From positions 31,773 to 95,772 of IMG/VR virus record IMGVR_UViG_3300007553_000105: 64,000 bases of DNA; one strand, given 5' to 3'. The DNA is from a virus. Lineage: Duplodnaviria; Caudoviricetes. A program made the position numbers and the translations under genes. The notes beneath the pieces are model-generated. The model was not told where the DNA came from. It did no database searches and saw only the letters and a list, made by a program, of their open reading frames with translations. Shown here piece by piece: positions 49,512 through 55,962 of this stretch (position 1 is the stretch's first letter; each line of letters starts with the position of its first letter).

Positions 49512-50399
49512 TTAAAAAAACAAATGCTTATTATCATTATAAATTAAATTATTTCTTTCACTATACAACAAAATTTCATTTCTCAAATTGGCCTCTTCTT
49601 TATTCCACAACTCTTCTTTTTCAAAACAAGCAAAAAACTCTTTCCATACTCCCCAATCAATATTTTTAAATAGATCTTCCCAATAGAAAACATTTTTTAT
49701 ATATTTTAAATGATTAGGACTTTTAGTATACCATTTATAATTTTCAAATACCTGCTGTTTTCCTTTTGATATTCTAAACATGTCTTCTGCTGTTAGCGTT
49801 GGATCTGAATGAATATGCTTTATAGTACACAGCGTAAGTATTTGTTCCATTGAGTCAACTTCACGTGGTTCGATTGCTACTATTTCATAATTAGGAATAT
49901 GAACATCGAATTCCGCCAAGTAATATGGATCATGAAAATTACACACATATGGTTTACTATCAATAAAGCTAAAATCTAATTTCGATAACAACTCATTATG
50001 TATTTTTAATTTGAGATCAAAATCAATTTCCTTAGCTGACGCATCCCTATCAACAAAATTATAAGAATTAATAAAAAAATCAAAGTAAAAAGCAAATAGA
50101 CCCATTTTAGAAATTATAGAGATATCTTTAGATATAGAAGCATACTCAGCATTGAATATTTTTTTATATTCTATCATTGTACTCATATTATCTTTCAAAA
50201 ATTGTTCAGTTAACAATCTATGTTGTGAGTTGTTTTTAACTTCAGATATACAGTATAAGTTAGCAAAAAATTCATTATGAGGCAAAATTCTAAAATTATC
50301 TCTATAATTGTAATAAAGCAAGTAAAAAAGAAAGTTCCTACCCACCCCAGGAGATGCTATAAGATCTTTTCTAAAATGCTTGAACGGATGTAATATCAT
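49512..50399 (-). CDS. Hypothetical AT-rich protein (possible sulfotransferase-like P-loop)
   Basis: Antisense to its neighbours; likely start MILHPF (50399), 5 nt after TAAATA; IASPGVGRNFL N-terminal loop. Confidence 0.55.
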   Translation of the reverse strand: MILHPFKHFRKDLIASPGVGRNFLFYLLYYNYRDNFRILPHNEFFANLYCISEVKNNSQHRLLTEQFLKDNMSTMIEYKKIFNAEYASISKDISIISKMGLFAFYFDFFINSYNFVDRDASAKEIDFDLKLKIHNELLSKLDFSFIDSKPYVCNFHDPYYLAEFDVHIPNYEIVAIEPREVDSMEQILTLCTIKHIHSDPTLTAEDMFRISKGKQQVFENYKWYTKSPNHLKYIKNVFYWEDLFKNIDWGVWKEFFACFEKEELWNKEEANLRNEILLYSERNNLIYNDNKHLFF

Positions 50400-50433
50400 A
50401 AAGGTATTTAATAAAAGAAGATAATTATATAAT

Positions 50434-50676
50434 ATGAACAAACAAGAAGATGATGTTGACATTGATATTAATGATGCTATACTGATAAAAGGTATAGGAT
50501 ATTCTTATGCTTCAATATCATACGATAAAGGCGATAAGATAACGTCTGTTCGTCGTATTGAAAATAAAGAGCTATGGGACATACCCGTGGACTTATACTC
50601 AACGAAAGTAAAAAATTTGTTGGCAGTAGATATACTGCAACAACTTAAAAAAATAATATATGACAAGCAAGAGTAA
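50434..50676 (+). CDS. Hypothetical protein
   Basis: 80-aa ORF overlapping the resolvase start. Confidence 0.5.
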   Translation: MNKQEDDVDIDINDAILIKGIGYSYASISYDKGDKITSVRRIENKELWDIPVDLYSTKVKNLLAVDILQQLKKIIYDKQE

Positions 50677-51193
50677 AAACAAAGGCAAAGGATTTGAACG
50701 TGATGTTTGCAAAATCCTAGGCAAAATATACGGTGACAATTTTGAACGTGTTCCACATAGTGGAGCGTTTGTCGGCGGCGTCAATGCTGCACGTAAGAGT
50801 ACACTTACGGAAAATCAAATCAAGGCATTTAAAGGGGACATCATTCCACCTGATCACTGGAAGCACTTCAACTGTGAGTGTAAAAATTATAAGGATTTCC
50901 CCTTCCATCATTTACTACAAAATAAATCAATTCCATTACTTGAATCCTGGCTTGAACAAACACTAGACGCACACGACAACAGAGATATTGATCTACTTTT
51001 TATGAAGTTTGATCGCAAAGGCATATATTTGGCATTTCCAAAAAGACACAAAACCAAATTCTACTTAGACAGGCACATTACATATCAAAGCGAAAATCAT
51101 GGCCACTGGACAATTACATTCTGGGAAGACTTTAAGTCTGTATCAGTTAACACGCAAGCTATAGAAACAATGGCTATTAAAGGCACCGATTAA
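50660..51193 (+). CDS. Holliday junction resolvase (PD-(D/E)xK, Hjc-like)
   Basis: SKNKGKGFER, RVPHSGA, GDII, ECKNY, W.EQ. Confidence 0.8.
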   Translation: MTSKSKNKGKGFERDVCKILGKIYGDNFERVPHSGAFVGGVNAARKSTLTENQIKAFKGDIIPPDHWKHFNCECKNYKDFPFHHLLQNKSIPLLESWLEQTLDAHDNRDIDLLFMKFDRKGIYLAFPKRHKTKFYLDRHITYQSENHGHWTITFWEDFKSVSVNTQAIETMAIKGTD

Positions 51194-51228
51194 CCCCCCC
51201 CAATACTATTAAAGGCTACTACAAACTA

Positions 51229-51618
51229 GACATAAGGTTGGCACGCCAGTAATCAGTGCCGCGAATCCGTTCTGATGTGAGACGGTATGCAAATGGTTTA
51301 TCTAGTTAACCGCTTCAACAGACTATCCCTGGTGACGTCAGGGACGCCTTAAGCACACTGCTTCTGTTGTCGTAATGGTTTTTAAAAGATCAAGCTCTAT
51401 TGACACTAATATCTTGAGGGTAACTGGATATGCTGATACCATGGCATCCGGTGGTCCTGCGCTGTTTAGACGCATCGTAATAGGAGGTACAGCTCAACCG
51501 CCTCTCCCTGTAGTAAGGTTATGTTATGGTAATGTGGGCGTTTGCGAGGCATGGGAAATTTTCCTAACTTACAAATTTCATTCACACTTTGGCCTGTATC
51601 GGGCTTAGTGTGAATGAA
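51229..51618 (+). ncRNA. Candidate large structured non-coding RNA (family not recognised)
   Basis: GC-richer intergenic segment with many helices: GACATAA/TTATGTT closing stem, GCAC/GTGC, CCGT/ACGG, CAACAGA/TCTGTTG enclosing TCCCTG/CAGGGA and AGCA/TGCT, TCAAG/CTTGA, CTGGAT..GC/GCATCCGG, TGCG/CGCA, GAGGT/GCCTC, GGTTG/CAACC pseudoknot, and a 12-bp TTCATTCACACT/AGTGTGAATGAA hairpin. Several G-U pairs favour the + strand. Confidence 0.6.
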
Positions 51619-51702
51619 TACTCAGCGGGAAGAATATAATATAAGATTAAAGTATTATAACGTTAGATATGATATATGATCAGTATTAAAGATTTATAAA
51701 CA

Positions 51703-51766
51703 TTCAACAAATTAATCGAAGATTAATGAAGTTGAAATTGCTCGAAGAGCAATTGATACGATTAAT
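51703..51766. repeat. Tandem inverted repeats with C-GAA-G triloops
   Basis: ATTAATC-GAA-GATTAAT (51711-51727) and AATTGCTC-GAA-GAGCAATT (51736-51754); TTCAAC/GTTGAA extends the first. Confidence 0.75.
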
Positions 51767-51803
51767 AAATATCTTTAGCATAATATTACTTTTGGTGATA
51801 ATT

Positions 51804-52283
51804 ATGACTGATAGAAAGATAATCCCAATGACATTTGAAGAGTTTTGTCAGGCCTTCCTAAAATGGTCTGAAGAAATTATCGAAGCAAAAAAATTCGATG
51901 GTTTTCCTATATGTCCATATGCTAGACATGCACGATTGAACAATCTGGTACAGTTTATAGATGCACGTGAGAATGTTTCAGATCTAAACAAATTTGATAA
52001 AGAAAAATATGAAATAGGAGTTGCTTGGCTAGGTGATAATAATGAATCACTTGTTACTACTGAAAAATACTGTGAATACCTTTCAGAACTACACCCAGGA
52101 CTATTATATTTTACAAGTACCCCGCAGAGTGGTTATTTTGCAAAAAATTTCACCAATTGTGTCTTTATACAGCTTAAAGATGATATTTTAGAAAAACGAG
52201 GACAACTGCATAACACAAAATATTATGAGAGTTGGCCAGCTGAATATTATAAAGCTATCACAGGACAAGACAAATTATCTTGA
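51804..52283 (+). CDS. Hypothetical protein (DUF1415-like CPYA motif)
   Basis: W...II.......PICPYAR; likely start MTDRK at 51804, downstream of TAAATA (51766-51771). Confidence 0.6.
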   Translation: MTDRKIIPMTFEEFCQAFLKWSEEIIEAKKFDGFPICPYARHARLNNLVQFIDARENVSDLNKFDKEKYEIGVAWLGDNNESLVTTEKYCEYLSELHPGLLYFTSTPQSGYFAKNFTNCVFIQLKDDILEKRGQLHNTKYYESWPAEYYKAITGQDKLS

Positions 52284-52520
52284 TTTGCGTGATTTCTGCA
52301 TAGCTAAACTACGTTCCTCATTACGTTTATTGATTGTTTCAATAAGTATACGTATTGCGGGGACTGGCATAGTCATCACATCTTGATAGCTTATAGCGCC
52401 CCCACTATGTAGTATTAGATCTGTATATGATGTTTCAGTAGCATCATGATCTTTGTTATAACGCTCTATTATTTTTTCAATAGCCTGCGGCTGACTAGTG
52501 GAGATCAGCCTACGAAAAAA
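52275..52520 (-). CDS. -1 frame extension of the gp26-like gene (gp51-like / tail-chaperone GT-type domain)
   Basis: Open 81-codon frame FFRRLISTSQPQAIEKIIERYNKDHDATETSYTDLILHSGGAISYQDVMTMPVPAIRILIETINKRNEERSLAMQKSRKSR with no upstream ATG; entered via A AAT TTT TTC. Confidence 0.65.
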   Translation of the reverse strand, partial: FFRRLISTSQPQAIEKIIERYNKDHDATETSYTDLILHSGGAISYQDVMTMPVPAIRILIETINKRNEERSLAMQKSRKSR

Positions 52521-52523
52521 TTT
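52489..52523 (-). other. Programmed -1 ribosomal frameshift signal
   Basis: A-AAU-UUU (overlapping U-UUU-UUC) slippery site, 6-nt spacer, then hairpin GGCUGAU-CUCCACUA-GUCAGCC containing the 0-frame UGA. Confidence 0.65.
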
Positions 52524-53335
52524 GCAATATCTAAATCAACATCAGTTGACCAGCCATGTCCGCAATGTTGACATGTGGCTTTAAAATTTGTATCAATCGC
52601 TGGTTCTGAAAGTTTTTCAACTAGAGCTTTAATCTGTTCGTAATCAGATTTTGTGATTGATTGTAACCATTCACCAATTGTCTCTGCATCAGAAACAGTT
52701 TCTCCCGCAGCAGGAGTAACTGATGTAATAGAATTTGCTACTAGTTTAATTGTTAGTTCTGCCAATTCCACAAAAGTGCGGCCAAATATCTCGCCCCTCT
52801 GATCTTCTTCAATATCAGCTGAAATTAAACTTTCAATCATTTTCTTTTGTTTTATTTGTTGAATTTGCAACAGTGTTCTGTCTTTAAGATTATATGGCTT
52901 TACATCTACCTTAAAACCTTTTTCAAGAACAACGTGATCATCTATTTTAATTTGCCTTGCTGATGCAAGTATCCTATTAGCATCAACTGCTAACATGTTC
53001 ATTTCAGTACACGCTGGACATTTGATGTCAACATTTAAATCTTTGCCATACGTTGCTTGTCTGATAGCTAGCAGAATAACCAATAAGTCATTTACTGGGA
53101 CAGATTCAGGATTCATAATATCAGGGCAACAGCTACGAATAATAGCAGTAGTTGCTTCACCGTTGAACAAGGCGTCTGGCGTCTTTGTAATCAATTCATC
53201 TCTAGCAGTCATAGCATATACTGCCAAGTCGCCATCCACACTTAATTTTGGTTTAGGGTCATAATACTTTCCGCCACTTGGTAGAGTGACGTATAGTGAA
53301 GGCTTTCTATAAGCCTGAATTAGTGGGTTAGACAT
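52505..53335 (-). CDS. Baseplate hub assembly / tail assembly chaperone, T4 gp26-like
   Basis: NPL..YRKP.LYVTLPSGG.YY, MTARDE...KTPDALFNG, D...ILLAIR.ATYG, two CxxC motifs, C-terminal NFF; GGAG RBS before MSNPL. Confidence 0.8.
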   Translation of the reverse strand: MSNPLIQAYRKPSLYVTLPSGGKYYDPKPKLSVDGDLAVYAMTARDELITKTPDALFNGEATTAIIRSCCPDIMNPESVPVNDLLVILLAIRQATYGKDLNVDIKCPACTEMNMLAVDANRILASARQIKIDDHVVLEKGFKVDVKPYNLKDRTLLQIQQIKQKKMIESLISADIEEDQRGEIFGRTFVELAELTIKLVANSITSVTPAAGETVSDAETIGEWLQSITKSDYEQIKALVEKLSEPAIDTNFKATCQHCGHGWSTDVDLDIANFFVG

Positions 53336-53350
53336 AGGGGTTTTCTCCAA

Positions 53351-53387
53351 ATAAATACTATAAGTATTTGCATTATAATATATTTAT
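53351..53387. promoter_or_regulatory. Face-to-face late promoters: ATAAATA (+, 53351-53357) and ATAAATA (-, 53387-53381)
   Basis: TAAATA cores in the 74-nt gap between the gp26-like gene and tape-measure gene 1. Confidence 0.55.
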
Positions 53388-53409
53388 GCCATTATATAGG
53401 TAGTTAATT

Positions 53410-55962
53410 TTGAACATTGAGAAAGAATTAAAACGTATTCATCAACAATACAAGTGGGCTAGCGAGCAGACTTTGGAAAAAGCCATGCGAACAGTTGGTA
53501 TGAATACTGCTCAAGTTAAAAAAGCTATCGATTCAATGCAAAGACAGGGTGATAACGCTCAAGATTTGCTGAAATTGATTAAAAATGAAAAATCAACAAT
53601 TGATAAATTAACTTCAAATGTAAAGAGTATAAATGAAGTTATAAAAACCAAAATATATGAGAGTGATGTAAATCCTATTAAGGCAACTGCTGAATTAGTA
53701 GAAATGGCCGCCGGCGGCATCGCTAATTTCGGTAGTTCTAGTAATACAGCAATGGGCGCAGTACCATCTACATTGCAGCGTTTAGGAGGAGTAACTACTG
53801 GAGTCGCAGGTGTTACCGCCGCTACTGCTGGTGTATTAGCTATATACGGTGAAATTTTTAGTGAACAGGAAAAAGTTCTTCGCGCAGGTATTGACATGGG
53901 CGTTTCAATGGATCCTGACAAATATACAGAAATGGCAGATACATTTGCTAATCTAGGCCAATCAATAAATGAAATATTTGCTGGTTACAGACGACAGATG
54001 CCTATGTTAGCAAATCTTCCTGGTACAGCAGGCGACAACTTAATCAAGTTTGCTAATTTCGCCAATGTTATAAAAAGTGATAATGCATTTCCTGATTTTG
54101 GTTATACGGCTAGGCAAGTTATGAGAAGGCTAGTGGACGAAGCAGAGATTGTCAGACGATACGGTGGACTAGCAGATATCAATAGTCAGTCTGAACGTGT
54201 ATTGTACGATAGATTTATTAAAAGTTCTGTTACAGCTACTACTATGGCTGATCTTCTTGGTGTTAAACGTGATGATCTATTAGAAAGAAGACAAGAGGCC
54301 GCACAAGACATAGACTTTACAGTAGCAGTGAGATTTGCGCAATCTGATATAGTTGAAAGATTTGGACAGATCGCTTATGATAATATAATTGATTTTCAAA
54401 CAAACGTAAACACTGTCTTTGGTACTATTTTTGATGGTAAGTTTGCTAATGAAACAACAAGTCTAATGACACGTGCTATAACTGACCAAAATTTTGGCGA
54501 CGTGATGGCAAACATGAGTCCTGAATTAAATCAAATTTTAAATTTGATGGGAAACAATGTTAAAGAACAATACGTAGCAATGATTCAATCAGCAGTTCGT
54601 GGAAATTTAAGTGGAGTTGACGCTGACTTAGCTATACAAGGATTCATACAATCAGTTGCACAATCTACCCCTATAGAATCTATAGGTAACATATCTGATC
54701 CCATAATACAGGAAGTTATGGAAATGCAAGCACAGGCACGTATTGCTCCTGAGGCATATTTAAATGCTACGAGATCATCACTTGAACAACATCGCAACAA
54801 CGTTGCAGCATATACAGAATCAGCTGACGGTATTGTAGATGGCATGGATAGTATACGTAGAGCGTTTTTACAGATATCAAGAATCGCGGCCCCAGGGTTT
54901 AGTACTACTGGCACAATTGTTGGCGGATTTGGCGACACTATATTATGGTTGACAGATGTTATTGGGCTAGTATTGGGTCCATTGGTTAATTATGATCCAA
55001 TAACTGATGATGAAGGCACAACAGGTACACCAATAGCACCACCTAGACCTAGATGGTGGCAAAATAATGGATTTATATCAACTAGTCCTAGACACCCGCA
55101 GCGAGTTTGGGACAGTCAGTATGGTGAATACTTTGAATCAGATGGTACACTTCGAGCAGGCGCTGACCCTTACGCCGCCGCTGCCGCTGTAGCACTTGGT
55201 CCAACGGGCGCAATGAGCGCAACGTTAACTGGTGTCGCTACTGATCCAGGCGCAGGCGGGACATTAAAAAATGGTAGATTGACTCCTGGAGAATTACAAG
55301 CAGTCACAGGAGGCGGTAGACTTCGCGTAGGAGCGGCTGATGCGTTTAATAGAATGGTTGCTGCCGCCGCGGCAGATGGTGTTACCATACAGGCAAGTTC
55401 AACGTACAGAGACTATGAACGCCAACTACACCTCTGGAATACATCAACTAGACCGCTTTCTGAAAGACGTAGATGGGTAGCATATCCAGGCGGATCAAAC
55501 CACGGATGGGGTCTTGCATTTGATGAAGGTACAATATATAGACAGCATGAAGCAGCCCCACAATATCAGTGGCTTCGCCAGCATGGCATGGAATATGGTT
55601 TCTATCAACGCATGGCACATGAAACTTGGCACTGGGAATATACCGGTGTACCTGGCACAACTGATGTTACTACTGCTGACCCAGATGCTTCAGCTATTCC
55701 GACCGCCACTGCACCCGCAACAGTGCCAGAGCCAACAGTTGAAACATTTACTGAACCACCGGTCACACCTGCCGTTCCTCCAGTAATCCCCGCTAGAGAT
55801 GATGGCGCAGTACAACCAAGCACTACTGATGCTACAGTTGATCCTGTGGTTGAAGAATTACTTGAAGAAGAATTAGAGTCAGCATCAGTCGTTGAAAGAG
55901 CATGGGCATCTATTAGATCATTTTTCGATGATGAAGCAACGAATGAAAGGGCCGGTCAATAA
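53410..55962 (+). CDS. Tape measure-like protein 1 with a C-terminal M15 (VanY-like) peptidase domain
   Basis: Long helical Ala/Gly-rich body; AFNRM...ADGV...SSTYRDYERQ...AYPGGSNHGWGLAFD...WL..HG..YGF...ETWHWEY; TTG start. Confidence 0.8.
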   Translation: MNIEKELKRIHQQYKWASEQTLEKAMRTVGMNTAQVKKAIDSMQRQGDNAQDLLKLIKNEKSTIDKLTSNVKSINEVIKTKIYESDVNPIKATAELVEMAAGGIANFGSSSNTAMGAVPSTLQRLGGVTTGVAGVTAATAGVLAIYGEIFSEQEKVLRAGIDMGVSMDPDKYTEMADTFANLGQSINEIFAGYRRQMPMLANLPGTAGDNLIKFANFANVIKSDNAFPDFGYTARQVMRRLVDEAEIVRRYGGLADINSQSERVLYDRFIKSSVTATTMADLLGVKRDDLLERRQEAAQDIDFTVAVRFAQSDIVERFGQIAYDNIIDFQTNVNTVFGTIFDGKFANETTSLMTRAITDQNFGDVMANMSPELNQILNLMGNNVKEQYVAMIQSAVRGNLSGVDADLAIQGFIQSVAQSTPIESIGNISDPIIQEVMEMQAQARIAPEAYLNATRSSLEQHRNNVAAYTESADGIVDGMDSIRRAFLQISRIAAPGFSTTGTIVGGFGDTILWLTDVIGLVLGPLVNYDPITDDEGTTGTPIAPPRPRWWQNNGFISTSPRHPQRVWDSQYGEYFESDGTLRAGADPYAAAAAVALGPTGAMSATLTGVATDPGAGGTLKNGRLTPGELQAVTGGGRLRVGAADAFNRMVAAAAADGVTIQASSTYRDYERQLHLWNTSTRPLSERRRWVAYPGGSNHGWGLAFDEGTIYRQHEAAPQYQWLRQHGMEYGFYQRMAHETWHWEYTGVPGTTDVTTADPDASAIPTATAPATVPEPTVETFTEPPVTPAVPPVIPARDDGAVQPSTTDATVDPVVEELLEEELESASVVERAWASIRSFFDDEATNERAGQ

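Noticed and set aside
51311-51460. Group I intron (CTTCAACAGACTA resembles the R/P7 element)
   Set aside because: No convincing S element (AUAGUC) partner, only a weak GUGGUC, and no interrupted gene flanks it. Kept only as an unassigned structured RNA.
51375-51608. 77-aa ORF inside the structured region
   Set aside because: No RBS or recognisable motif, and it overlaps dense base-paired helices; probably incidental.
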